A stretch of DNA of 64,000 nt from Pseudomonadota bacterium. GTDB taxonomy: Bacteria; Desulfobacterota; Desulfobulbia; Desulfobulbales; Desulfocapsaceae. The position numbers and the translations under genes were made by a program. The stretch lies in NCBI GenBank assembly GCA_018821985.1, contig JAHJKP010000040.1:29956-93955 (forward strand), read 5' to 3'. The first letter of the stretch is position 1, and the number at the start of each line of letters is the position of its first letter. A model generated the notes under the pieces. The model had not been told where the DNA came from, did not search any database, and worked only from the letters and a program-made list of their open reading frames with translations. This document shows, piece by piece, positions 39,262 to 48,732 of this stretch.

Positions 39262-40797
39262 CTAATTCTGCCAAGAGATTTCATATTTTTCAATATGCAA
39301 ATTATTGTCAGGGATGATGGCCAGTCGTTTTCTGGTATTGCGTTCCAGTTCCAGGGTAGCATGTTCTTCCTCTTTCAACAGCATATCAGCAATTCGGGGA
39401 TGGACTCTGAGGGTGATCGTGTCCCCCTTATGTCTCAAGGCCTCTCTGGATATTTTCCGAAAAATTTCATAACAGATAGTCCTCCTGGATTTCAGACTGC
39501 CTTCACCGGCACAATAATGACATGGCTCGCAAAGCAGTTGATTCAAATTTTCACAACTGCGTTTTCGGGTCATTTGAACCAGGCCGAATTCAGTAAGCTT
39601 AAGGATATTGATCTTACTTTTATCTTTTTTAACGGCTTCCTTGAACGAGGTGAAGAGCTCTTCGCGATGCAGCTCATCCTCCATATCTATAAAATCAATA
39701 ATGATAATCCCGCCAATATTACGTAACCGCAGTTGATAGGCAATCTCTTTGACCGCCTCCATATTGGTCTTAAATATGGTCTCTTCAAGGTCGTTTTTAC
39801 CTACAAAACGCCCGGTGTTGACATCAATGACCGAGAGGGCCTCGGTTGTTTCGATAATAATGTATCCTCCCGAGCGGAGCCAGACTTTCTTTTCGATGAC
39901 TCGACTGATCTCTATCTCGATACCATGGGCCTCAAAGAGTGGCGCTGTCTCCTGATAAAAAACGATCCGATGCTGCAGGTCTGGGGCAAAAATTTTAATA
40001 AAATTCAACAGTTTATCATATGTGTTCTTGTCGTCAACCACCAGGGTGTTCACGTCGGCGGTAAAGAGATCACGTACTGAACGAAAGGTGATGTCGAGGT
40101 CTTCATAGATAAGGGAGGGGGCGGAAGAGTTCGAATTGATATCCTGAATCTCATCCCACAGATGCAGCAGAAATTCCATATCTGCTTCCAGCTCTTCCAT
40201 ATCAGCATATTCGGCAACAGTACGGACAATGAAACCGGTGCCGGCAGGACGAAGTTTTTCGATACGATTCCGCAAGGTCTGACGCAGGGTTTCGTCTTCA
40301 ATTTTTCTGGAAATACCAATGTGATCAGTGAGAGGCATAAAGACAAGATTGCGGCAGGGCAGGGTGATATGACAGGTGAGACGGGCCCCTTTGGTACCAA
40401 TGGGATCTTTGCCGACCTGGACGGTGATGTCCTGTCCTTCACGCAACAGGTCCTCAATATTCATTCCGGAAATACGGCGAATCTCGTTGTCGGAGACGGA
40501 AGATGTAAAATTGTACTTGCCGCATGGTTGTTGCTCCTGGCCAAGCAGCCTCTGTTCAAGCTCAGTCATGGAGATATAGACATCATCCACATACAAAAAT
40601 CCTGTTCTATCCAAGCCGATGTCAACAAATGCCGCCTGCATTCCGGGTAATACCCGTACCACGCGACCTTTATAGATATTGCCGACCAGTCCTTTTTCCG
40701 ACGGTCGTTGGATATGTAACTCAACAAGATGGTCGTTTTCGACAAGAGCAATTCGCGTTTCGTAACTTGTTGCATTTATAAGTATTTCAGTGCTCAT
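39262..40797 (-). CDS. rng: ribonuclease G / RNase E-family endoribonuclease
   Basis: S1 domain GNIYKGRVVRVLPGMQAAFVDIG, DNase-I-like and Zn-link regions (CxxCxG), ~510 aa with no long C-terminal scaffold. Confidence 0.9.
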   Translation of the reverse strand: MSTEILINATSYETRIALVENDHLVELHIQRPSEKGLVGNIYKGRVVRVLPGMQAAFVDIGLDRTGFLYVDDVYISMTELEQRLLGQEQQPCGKYNFTSSVSDNEIRRISGMNIEDLLREGQDITVQVGKDPIGTKGARLTCHITLPCRNLVFMPLTDHIGISRKIEDETLRQTLRNRIEKLRPAGTGFIVRTVAEYADMEELEADMEFLLHLWDEIQDINSNSSAPSLIYEDLDITFRSVRDLFTADVNTLVVDDKNTYDKLLNFIKIFAPDLQHRIVFYQETAPLFEAHGIEIEISRVIEKKVWLRSGGYIIIETTEALSVIDVNTGRFVGKNDLEETIFKTNMEAVKEIAYQLRLRNIGGIIIIDFIDMEDELHREELFTSFKEAVKKDKSKINILKLTEFGLVQMTRKRSCENLNQLLCEPCHYCAGEGSLKSRRTICYEIFRKISREALRHKGDTITLRVHPRIADMLLKEEEHATLELERNTRKRLAIIPDNNLHIEKYEISWQN

Positions 40798-40958
40798 TAT
40801 GGGAGGGTAGGGAAGAGATTAAAGGCATAATTCCAAGCTTCTGGAATATGAGAATGGTTGATAAAGTTTTAATTATACAGTATTTCAGATGAAAAAAGCC
40901 ACTTCCTTTTACGTTGCTCTTATCTTCACTTCCCCTTAATTGACGGTTATGCACTGAA

Positions 40959-41795
40959 ATGACAGCAATTTCTGTTATTATACCAACCTATAATAGAGAA
41001 AAATTTTTAGGACGGGCCATACGTTCTGTTTTACGCCAGACAATTGCCTGTTCTGAAATTCTGGTGATTGATGACGGATCCACGGACCATACGGCCGCAC
41101 TTGTCTACTCACTGCGTGAACACAGCACCATTCCTATACATTTTTTTTATCAGGAAAACAGGGGACCTGCTGCTGCCAGAAATCTTGGCATCCATCGGGC
41201 TCAATCTGAGCTGGTCGCTTTTCTTGATTCTGATGATCATTGGCGGAAAGACAAATTAGCACAGCAACAAAAAGCCATGGAGGAAAGTCCAGGCTATCTG
41301 ATATCTCACACCAGGGAACAATGGCTACGAGGGGGTGTGCATCTGAATCAGAAAAAAAAGCATCTACCGCATCATGGTGATATCTTCAATCACTGTCTGC
41401 AACTTTGTACTGTGGGGATGTCCACAGTCATGGTAAGAAAAGAGTTGTTTGCGACTATAGGCCTTTTCTCGCCCAGGCTTCCCTGCTGTGAAGATTATGA
41501 CTTCTGGTTGCGCACAAGCTGCCGGTATCCCTTTCTTCTGGTAGACAAGTCACTTACCATTAAGGAGGGGGGAAGAGAGGATCAGGTCTCTTGTCAATAC
41601 CGTGTTGGTATGGATAAATTACGCATTCATGTCATTATGCGTCTCCTGGAGAGTGCAAGCCTGAGCCGAGAACAGCACGAACTCGCCCTTCAAGAGTTGC
41701 AGCAGAAGTGTCTGGTCTATGGCCATGGCTGCATCAAACATGGCAAGGGTGATGAAGGAACTACCTATTTGAATCTCTATAAGAAATATCAATAA
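40959..41795 (+). CDS. family 2 glycosyltransferase
   Basis: SVIIPTYNREKFLGRAIRSVLRQT, DDGSTD, and DSDD (DxD). Confidence 0.85.
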   Translation: MTAISVIIPTYNREKFLGRAIRSVLRQTIACSEILVIDDGSTDHTAALVYSLREHSTIPIHFFYQENRGPAAARNLGIHRAQSELVAFLDSDDHWRKDKLAQQQKAMEESPGYLISHTREQWLRGGVHLNQKKKHLPHHGDIFNHCLQLCTVGMSTVMVRKELFATIGLFSPRLPCCEDYDFWLRTSCRYPFLLVDKSLTIKEGGREDQVSCQYRVGMDKLRIHVIMRLLESASLSREQHELALQELQQKCLVYGHGCIKHGKGDEGTTYLNLYKKYQ

Positions 41796-41825
41796 CGAGG
41801 CTGGCCTTTTCTGGTCGGAATATTC

Positions 41826-42947
41826 ATGTCACAGAGTCAATCATGGGCCGATCCATCGCTTTTTGTTAAGCAGATTCATGTGGAAGAATCCTGTCTGGAT
41901 CTTCCTTATACCCGAGAAATTATTGATAGGGCCAAGCTGCCTTATACGGTTATTCCTGATTATCAGGATATTGAGGCAGTTTCTGGTCACTATCCCGACA
42001 ATCTTACTGTCGGCAAACAGCATCTGTTGCTGTGCCGCAACAGGGGCCATTTTTTCAAACCCTGTCCCGCCACCCGGGAGTATCGCTGCTGTGAATATCA
42101 GGTCTTGAATATCGGCATGAACTGTCCCATGGACTGTGTCTACTGCATTCTGCAGGCCTACCTGAACAAACCATGGCTTACTTTCTTTGTTAATGTGGAC
42201 GATCTGATAGGCGAGATGACCACGGCCTTTGCGGCGGAGCCTGATCGGTTTTTTCGGATAGGTACAGGTGAATTTACCGATTCCCTGGCCCTTGACCGAT
42301 TTACCAATCTCAGTCGGACCCTGGTAAGCTTCATGGCGGACCAGCAACAGGCCGTGCTGGAGCTTAAAACCAAGAGCGCGGTTATCCATAACCTGGAAGG
42401 GCTTGAGCATAAGGGACGTACAGTTGTTGCCTGGTCCCTGAACAGCACACCCATCATGGCCAGGGAAGAGATCCGGACGGCGACCCTTGAACAGAGACTT
42501 GCTGCCGCCCGGCAGTGTGCTCTATGGGGATACAAGCTGGCCTTCCATTTCGACCCCATCATCGAACATCCTGGATGGGAGCAAGGTTATGAAGAGACCA
42601 TCACCCGTCTCTTTGATACGGTGCCGGCTGAGAATATCGCCTGGATCTCCATGGGGGCGCTGCGCTATCTACCGGCTCTCAAGAAGATTGGAACAGGGCG
42701 CTTCCCCCTGTCGCGAATCTATTATCAGGAATTCATCGAAGGGCTTGATGGTAAGAGCCGTTACTTTCGCCCCCATCGAGTGAAATTGTATCAGCATGTT
42801 TATAAGTTATTGAAAAGCAGGGCACATCCCAAGACCTGCATCTATTTTTGTATGGAGAGTGACGAGATCTGGCAGGAGGTAATGGGCTATACTCCTGGGG
42901 AAAGAGGAGGAATTCCGCAGATGCTGGACCAGACGGTTCGGGGATGA
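41826..42947 (+). CDS. spore-photoproduct-lyase-family radical SAM protein
   Basis: Radical SAM triad CPMDCVYC. The overall layout and length resemble SplB-like proteins of non-sporulating bacteria. Confidence 0.75.
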   Translation: MSQSQSWADPSLFVKQIHVEESCLDLPYTREIIDRAKLPYTVIPDYQDIEAVSGHYPDNLTVGKQHLLLCRNRGHFFKPCPATREYRCCEYQVLNIGMNCPMDCVYCILQAYLNKPWLTFFVNVDDLIGEMTTAFAAEPDRFFRIGTGEFTDSLALDRFTNLSRTLVSFMADQQQAVLELKTKSAVIHNLEGLEHKGRTVVAWSLNSTPIMAREEIRTATLEQRLAAARQCALWGYKLAFHFDPIIEHPGWEQGYEETITRLFDTVPAENIAWISMGALRYLPALKKIGTGRFPLSRIYYQEFIEGLDGKSRYFRPHRVKLYQHVYKLLKSRAHPKTCIYFCMESDEIWQEVMGYTPGERGGIPQMLDQTVRG

Positions 42948-43008
42948 AGTCAGGTGCGAAACCATTGTTTACCGCTTTACTCGGTGTCTCTGGAAATCGG
43001 AACTGCCA

Positions 43009-44682
43009 CTACGTTTGCTCAACGTATGACTTCTCATGTACCAATTCGGATTGCTGAGTTTCTGGCAGAGCATTATTCTTTTTAAAAACAGTCCAAGCAG
43101 TGGTCTCAAGCCAATCCTGGAGTTCATGGCTCGGCAGAGGGTGGCAGAGATGAAAGCCCTGGAGAATATCGCAACCGAGTTCCTCCAAGAACTGCAGGGT
43201 TTCCTCATCCTCAACACCTTCGGCCACCACCTTGCGGCCGATGTTATGAACCATTTCAATGGTGGATTTGACGATCACCGCATTGTCTTCATTCTGGAGC
43301 ATGCCAATGATAAAGGACTTGTCGATCTTGATCTCACGGGCCGGGAATTTTTTCAGATAGGATATGGAGGAATAGCCGGTACCAAAATCATCAATGGAGA
43401 GTTGCAGCCCCATTTTTTTAAGTTCGGTAACGACCTTGGCAACCCGATCCTGGTCAACGACAATACTGCTTTCAGTAATCTCCAGGAGAAGCATTGCCGG
43501 TTTAATCTGCCACTTCGTGAGAAGGATAGCGACATCCGAGGGAAAGTCGAGATCGTGGAGGTTTTTGAGAGATAGATTCACCGCCACAGGAATGTGGTAG
43601 CCGTCTTTCTGCCATTTTCCACATTGTTCCAAGGCCTTATCAATCACCAGATTGGTGAATTGTTTGCAAAGTCCGGCCTGTTCGGCAAGAGATACAAAAT
43701 CATCTGGATTGATGACACCCCGCTCCGTGTGCTGCCAGCGAGCCAGGGCCTCTACGCCTATCAAGGTCTTCTCCCTAATGGAAATTTTCGGTTGATAGCA
43801 GAGAAACATATCTTTCTTGTTGATGGCATCACGCAGCTCACCGATTAGTACCAGACGATTAAAGGTTGTCCGGTGCTGCTCGATATTAAAGACAGCATAG
43901 ATAACATCATTGCGTTTGGCATCATACATGGCAACATCGGCCCGCTGCACCAATGTCTCACTGTCGGTGCCATGGTCTGGGTACATGGCAATTCCGATAC
44001 TGATACCTACCTTGAGGCTATGCCCCTCAATCATAAAGGGCTGATCAATAGCGTCGGCGATCTTCATGCTGATCATCACCGCCTGTTCCAGGCTGGTGTT
44101 GGGCAGCACCAGGGAGAATTCATCGCCACCAACGCGGGCCAGGGTGTCAGACTCCCGCACCACACTCTTCATCCGAAGAGCTACTTCCTGAAGGACATAA
44201 TCGCCGTAAAAATGGCCCAGAGAATCATTAATCTCTTTAAAACGGACAAGATCCATGAGAACGAAGGCCAGAGGGTTACAGTGACGTTTGGCAATCAGCA
44301 GGCCATGATCGAGCTGCTCCTCGGCCAGGATACGGTTCGGCAGCTCGGTGAGTTCGTCATGGAGGGCCCGGTGCCGTTCCAAGGCGGCAAAATGTTCGCC
44401 GAGCCTGATGGTGGCCAGGCTCAACCGTACCACCATGACGACAAAAATGGCACCGCTAAAGAGGATGGTGGCAACAATCATCTCCAGTGTGGAGGCTTGG
44501 GCTTTCAGCGCCATATTAAGAAAGAGGATATAGCCAACGATAAAGAAGATGATCAGGACGCCAAGAAACTTCCAAGAGGCGTAAAGCTGATGTCTTCTGC
44601 GACAGATCTTTCTGGTTGGATTAAGAGAAAAAGCAAGCAAGGTAATACCTGCCAGAACCATGGCTATGGATACAATTTTCAA
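43009..44682 (-). CDS. membrane-anchored GGDEF-EAL protein
   Basis: Three N-terminal TM helices, RVGGDEFSL, and EAL-domain motifs (GVEALARW, EITES, DDFGTGYSS). Confidence 0.9.
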   Translation of the reverse strand: MKIVSIAMVLAGITLLAFSLNPTRKICRRRHQLYASWKFLGVLIIFFIVGYILFLNMALKAQASTLEMIVATILFSGAIFVVMVVRLSLATIRLGEHFAALERHRALHDELTELPNRILAEEQLDHGLLIAKRHCNPLAFVLMDLVRFKEINDSLGHFYGDYVLQEVALRMKSVVRESDTLARVGGDEFSLVLPNTSLEQAVMISMKIADAIDQPFMIEGHSLKVGISIGIAMYPDHGTDSETLVQRADVAMYDAKRNDVIYAVFNIEQHRTTFNRLVLIGELRDAINKKDMFLCYQPKISIREKTLIGVEALARWQHTERGVINPDDFVSLAEQAGLCKQFTNLVIDKALEQCGKWQKDGYHIPVAVNLSLKNLHDLDFPSDVAILLTKWQIKPAMLLLEITESSIVVDQDRVAKVVTELKKMGLQLSIDDFGTGYSSISYLKKFPAREIKIDKSFIIGMLQNEDNAVIVKSTIEMVHNIGRKVVAEGVEDEETLQFLEELGCDILQGFHLCHPLPSHELQDWLETTAWTVFKKNNALPETQQSELVHEKSYVEQT

Positions 44683-45120
44683 GGGGCGTTTTCCTTTTCC
44701 TGGTGATTAAAAATGAAAAATAATGATATCTACTGGTGATTTTTGTTGGGGTTGCCTGCCGCTTTTTGGCAGCAGTATTTGCAATGTTCAATCTTTATTC
44801 TTACGCGCCTTTCTCCACTCAACAATACTGTTTAGCCTGCTGTAACGGATAACCAGATAATTTGCCACATTTCTTGACAATTACTTGATCTGTACTTGGA
44901 GATGATCGCAGGCAATGGCAATGATATTTTTCGCTGATGGGACCAACTCCCCTGAGCCGGACTCTCCTCTGGAAAGTGCAAGTGGGTGGACTGTTTTTAC
45001 TAGGTGAGGTGGTAGGAATTCTTTTTTCCCCATTATCTCTCCGGGGACTGAAAAAGCTATTAAGAGATGAAAACAATATCAGGATCACTTTGCTTGTCGG
45101 TCTCATAGACTGACAATCTG

Positions 45121-45440
45121 TTATGAGAGTATCCACCGTAACTGGTGCGACCATGGTAAATACCCCCAAACATGACTACCTACCGCAAAAATATTACAGT
45201 ACGGCCAATTGGGAGTCAATATTTTTCTCAGAATATTAAAAACCTCCTCATCCCGAGTGGTTCCGCAGGAAAATAGTGGTGAATTATGCACCTGTAGGTC
45301 TTCCGCCGTAATTCTCGACCGATGAAAAGCTGCTTTCTTTAACCCAAAAATCTGGTATTGTTGCTCTATGGTGACGGGGTGTAGTCTTTCATTTGTGCTC
45401 CTTTTACCTGGTCGTTGAAGAGGGCCGGATAGTACCCTCA
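45121..45440 (-). pseudogene. possible degraded IS30-family transposase N-terminus (HTH region)
   Basis: The minus-strand frame reads ...HPVTIEQQYQIFGLKKAAFHRSRITAEDLQVHNSPLF (45375-45271). This fits the IS30 HTH pattern LTxEqRyqIxxLxKxGxSxxxIAxxLGvHxSTI. It has no usable start, is interrupted by stops, and sits in a 1.1-kb region with no convincing gene. Confidence 0.3.
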
Positions 45441-45779
45441 GCTCTCTTTAAAACCAATAAAAGTTGTATTCCAGTTTTAATCCGCACTTGGTTTAGTTTT
45501 GGCGGTAACTAAAAAAATATAACAAAAATGACTTTAAATTCAGTTAGTTCAGAATATTAAATTGAACATACGTTTTTTAATAGTTTTGCCAGAGACTAAA
45601 GGATCAGGTTGTTTCGTAACGGCTCGTAAACAGTGTTTGTCAATTTTCTAGTGGAAGAAAACGCCCGCTCTATGGTAAGAAGAATACTGACTGAAATCAG
45701 GCAGGGACTTGAGCAAAGGTTTTGGATCTTTCTGTCTTTTATGATACATCAATGAATTACGAACGGTGCAGGAGAAATT

Positions 45780-46217
45780 ATGCTGAACAAAGTTATGCTT
45801 ATTGGTAATCTTGGGAAAGATCCTGAGATTCGCTATACTCAGAGCGGCACTGCCGTTGCCACCTTTAATGTCGCTACTACTGAACGTTGGAAAGACAAGG
45901 ATGGCCAGATGCAGGAGTCAACTGAGTGGCATCGTGTTGTAGCCTGGCAGAAACTGGCTGAGACCTGTGGTGAATACCTTCACAAAGGATCAAAGGTTTA
46001 TATTGAGGGGAAACTCCAGACCAGAAAGTGGCAGGATCAGAATGGTAATGATAAGTTCACTACTGAAATCGTCGCCCGTGAGATGAAGATGCTTAGTCCG
46101 CGTGGTGGGGCAGGTGATGAGGGCTATGGGGTTGGCGGCGGTTCACAGGACAATGCCTATCCGGAACCTCCTTCTGGCATGATGGGTGGAGGGGGTAGGG
46201 ATGATGTACCTTTTTGA
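45780..46217 (+). CDS. ssb: single-stranded DNA-binding protein
   Basis: [22 protein letters not shown]-fold start, Gly-rich tail ending DDVPF, GGAG SD. Confidence 0.95.
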   Translation: MLNKVMLIGNLGKDPEIRYTQSGTAVATFNVATTERWKDKDGQMQESTEWHRVVAWQKLAETCGEYLHKGSKVYIEGKLQTRKWQDQNGNDKFTTEIVAREMKMLSPRGGAGDEGYGVGGGSQDNAYPEPPSGMMGGGGRDDVPF

Positions 46218-46252
46218 GTTTTAAAAAATAAAACAAGTGGATAAAAAGGAGA

Positions 46253-46282
46253 AACGGAATCTTCCATGATTCCGTTTTTTTT
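46253..46282 (+). terminator. intrinsic terminator after ssb
   Basis: AACGGAAT-N8-ATTCCGTT followed by a T-run. Confidence 0.7.
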
Positions 46283-46321
46283 ATTTTTATAGAACAGTTT
46301 TTGTCATTGTTGTTGATAGGC

Positions 46322-46350
46322 TTGACTGATAAACAATGCATTCCTATTAT
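46322..46350 (+). promoter_or_regulatory. sigma-70-type promoter upstream of cbpA
   Basis: TTGACT, 17-nt spacer, TATTAT. Confidence 0.4.
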
Positions 46351-46416
46351 TTAAGCTATTGAACATTCACGTACATATTTTTATTACAACACAATTCGTT
46401 GAATCATAAAGCAACA

Positions 46417-47358
46417 ATGGAATATTACGAAACATTAGGTGTGTCCAAGAGCGCCTCTCCCGCCGAGATAAAAAAAGCATATCGTCAATTGGCCCTGAAA
46501 TATCATCCAGACAAGAATCAGGGGGATAAAACGGCAGAGGCCAAGTTCAAAGAGATCAATGAAGCCTATGCAGTACTGTCGGATGTCGAAAAGAAAAAAC
46601 AGTACGACACCTTTGGCTCGTCCAATTTTCATCAACGCTATTCCCAGGAAGACATTTTCCGTAATTTCGATTTGAATGATATTCTCCGTCAATTTGGCGC
46701 CGGGGGCGGTGCAGGTTCCACGTCCTTTCGCAACAATATGGGCGGAGGATCCCCGTCGTTTCAATCTTTCTTCGGTCAGGGTGGTGGTGGCAGAATGGGC
46801 GGTGGTTGCGGGACAGGTGGTTGCCAGCCGCCGGCAAAAGGCCAAGATCTTACCTATCAGCTGTCAGTGACCCTGGATGAGGTCATGCATGGTGCCGAAA
46901 AAAACATCGCCCTGCGTGCCAACGGTACAAGTCAGAATGTCTCGGTTAAAATTCCCAAGGGGATTGAGGCGGGGAAAAAACTACGGCTGAAGGGGAAGGG
47001 TGGTGCCTCTCCTCAGGGCGGCGCCCCTGGCGATCTCTATCTCAAAGTGGAGGTGAGTAAGCATGATCGTTTCCAAAGAGATGGGGATGATCTGATTTGC
47101 GAAAAATGGATTTCCTTCAGCGATGCCTGTCTGGGAACAAAAGTGGCAATCGAGACTCTTGAGGGAAAGAAATTTATGGTCAATGTTCCGTCCGGTATCC
47201 AGCCTGATGCCAGATTGCGGATCAAAGGGCACGGCCTGCCCAGTGGCCCACACGGGAGTCGCGGCGATATCTATGTTAAGCTTGGCGTTCAGGTTCCTGA
47301 GCAACTTTCCACTGAACAGCAAGAGTTGGTTCTCAGTCTGCAGGGAACTGGGTTGTAG
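46417..47358 (+). CDS. cbpA: DnaJ-class co-chaperone without zinc finger (CbpA-like)
   Basis: J domain [14 protein letters not shown]...YHPDKN, a G/F-rich linker, C-terminal DnaJ_C repeats, and no CxxCxGxG repeats. Confidence 0.85.
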   Translation: MEYYETLGVSKSASPAEIKKAYRQLALKYHPDKNQGDKTAEAKFKEINEAYAVLSDVEKKKQYDTFGSSNFHQRYSQEDIFRNFDLNDILRQFGAGGGAGSTSFRNNMGGGSPSFQSFFGQGGGGRMGGGCGTGGCQPPAKGQDLTYQLSVTLDEVMHGAEKNIALRANGTSQNVSVKIPKGIEAGKKLRLKGKGGASPQGGAPGDLYLKVEVSKHDRFQRDGDDLICEKWISFSDACLGTKVAIETLEGKKFMVNVPSGIQPDARLRIKGHGLPSGPHGSRGDIYVKLGVQVPEQLSTEQQELVLSLQGTGL

Positions 47359-47506
47359 CAAACCTCCGCTCACTTCCTTTTTGGCCTGTAGGCAACAAGA
47401 TCTATATCGTCGTCCTCTCAGCTAAGGATTTCTGCCCGAGGCTGGTCCCCGTAATGGGAATATATAATTATTGTTCCCATGGCCAGACAGTCTGTGGCCA
47501 AAAAAC

Positions 47507-47665
47507 TTATTGCTGAAAAAAAAAATCAAAGATAGGTTCGGAGTCATAAACATAGAAATAGCCCCGCTTGTATTTCAAAGACTTCCACCGGCCCTCAACA
47601 CGCACATTATCCCTCCATGCTCCGCGTTCGTCCATACTGAGTGTGTCCGTCTCGTTTTTTGTCAT
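47507..47665 (-). CDS. candidate small ORF (52 aa), unannotated
   Basis: MTKNETDTLSMDERGAWRDNVRVEGRWKSLKYKRGYFYVYDSEPIFDFFFQQ has non-repetitive composition. The SD is weak and the 3' end runs through a T11 tract. Confidence 0.2.
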   Translation of the reverse strand: MTKNETDTLSMDERGAWRDNVRVEGRWKSLKYKRGYFYVYDSEPIFDFFFQQ

Positions 47666-47755
47666 TTTCTGCTCTATATTAAGGCCCTGTAGGGACCATC
47701 AAAATAACAGATTTGCCACTTATCTGTTGGTACAAATTGTCGGGGATAGTTCTCA

Positions 47756-48580
47756 TTAGAGGGCATGGACAAGCGGCCCGTTGACGCCGCTTTTTACCAG
47801 TGAGATGGAGCTGCTCTTGCTAATGATGCTGTCCATATAGGCAGCGGTAAGAAAAAACGCTTTTCGGTAATCCTTTTCCCGGCTATGAAAGGCCGCGAAG
47901 GCTGAGGCATAGGTGCAGCCGGTTCCGTGCAGATTGGCGCTTTGGATGCGTCTTCGTTTGCTGACGACAATTTCTAGATTTTTCATGATCAGATAATCGT
48001 GGATATCTGTCCTGTCTGGTTCCAGATGTCCGCCCTTGACGATCACTGCCCGCAGATGTTCATCTCTGGCGAGGATGGTTCCGGCACAACGCAGAGCTTC
48101 TTCTGGTGTTGTTATCTTCTGCTGGCAGAGCTGTTCGAGTTCCGAACAATTGGGGGTGAGGACGGTGACCTTGCTGATGAGATACGTGCTCAGCTCGGAA
48201 AGACTGGAATAACTGAGCAGGGAGTGGCCGGTGGTCGAGGCCAGGACAGGGTCGTAGACCACCTCACCAGAATAGTCTGCAAGGAGTTTTCCCAAGGCCC
48301 TGGCGATCTCCATGGTACCGATCATGCCGATCTTGATATGGGTCACATGGTGGTCTACTAGTACCGCCTGAACCTGCCTGACCACAAGGCCGGATTCTAA
48401 AGGGACAGACTCCATGACGCCCAGAGAATTCTGGATGGTAATACAGGTAATGGCCGCCGCGCCATAGACACCGATGGAGGTCATGGTCTTCAGATCAGCC
48501 TGGATACCTGCCCCGCCAGAAGGGTCTGAGCCGGCAATGGTCAACACGGTTGGCGATAATGTGGGTTGGGAACAATACAT
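47756..48580 (-). CDS. thiD: hydroxymethylpyrimidine/phosphomethylpyrimidine kinase
   Basis: VLTIAGSDPSGGAGIQADLKT and a GTGCTYAS anion hole. The start is uncertain: ATG at 48580 or GTG at 48625. Confidence 0.85.
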   Translation of the reverse strand: MYCSQPTLSPTVLTIAGSDPSGGAGIQADLKTMTSIGVYGAAAITCITIQNSLGVMESVPLESGLVVRQVQAVLVDHHVTHIKIGMIGTMEIARALGKLLADYSGEVVYDPVLASTTGHSLLSYSSLSELSTYLISKVTVLTPNCSELEQLCQQKITTPEEALRCAGTILARDEHLRAVIVKGGHLEPDRTDIHDYLIMKNLEIVVSKRRRIQSANLHGTGCTYASAFAAFHSREKDYRKAFFLTAAYMDSIISKSSSISLVKSGVNGPLVHAL

Positions 48581-48732
48581 GGAAGATACCTGGGTAAAAA
48601 AAGGAGTTATCTCGTAACAGCTCACGCATGGCCATCAGAGTTGATTAATATAGTGAAATACAATAGTATTGCAAGGCCTGAATAAGAGTATAAAAAAAAG
48701 TCCCTTAAAAAACCTATATCTAATATCATATT

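Noticed and set aside
44819-45169. 116-aa minus-strand ORF as a real gene.
   Set aside because: It has Ser/Pro/Arg-rich composition with no motif, no SD, and lies in what looks like decayed IS sequence. I treat it as part of the pseudogenised region.
48581-48732. TPP riboswitch expected upstream of thiD.
   Set aside because: I read the minus-strand leader and found neither the conserved CUGAGA box nor the ACCUGAUCUGGAUAAUGCCAGCG-like pyrimidine-sensor helix. Only an Infernal scan could settle this.
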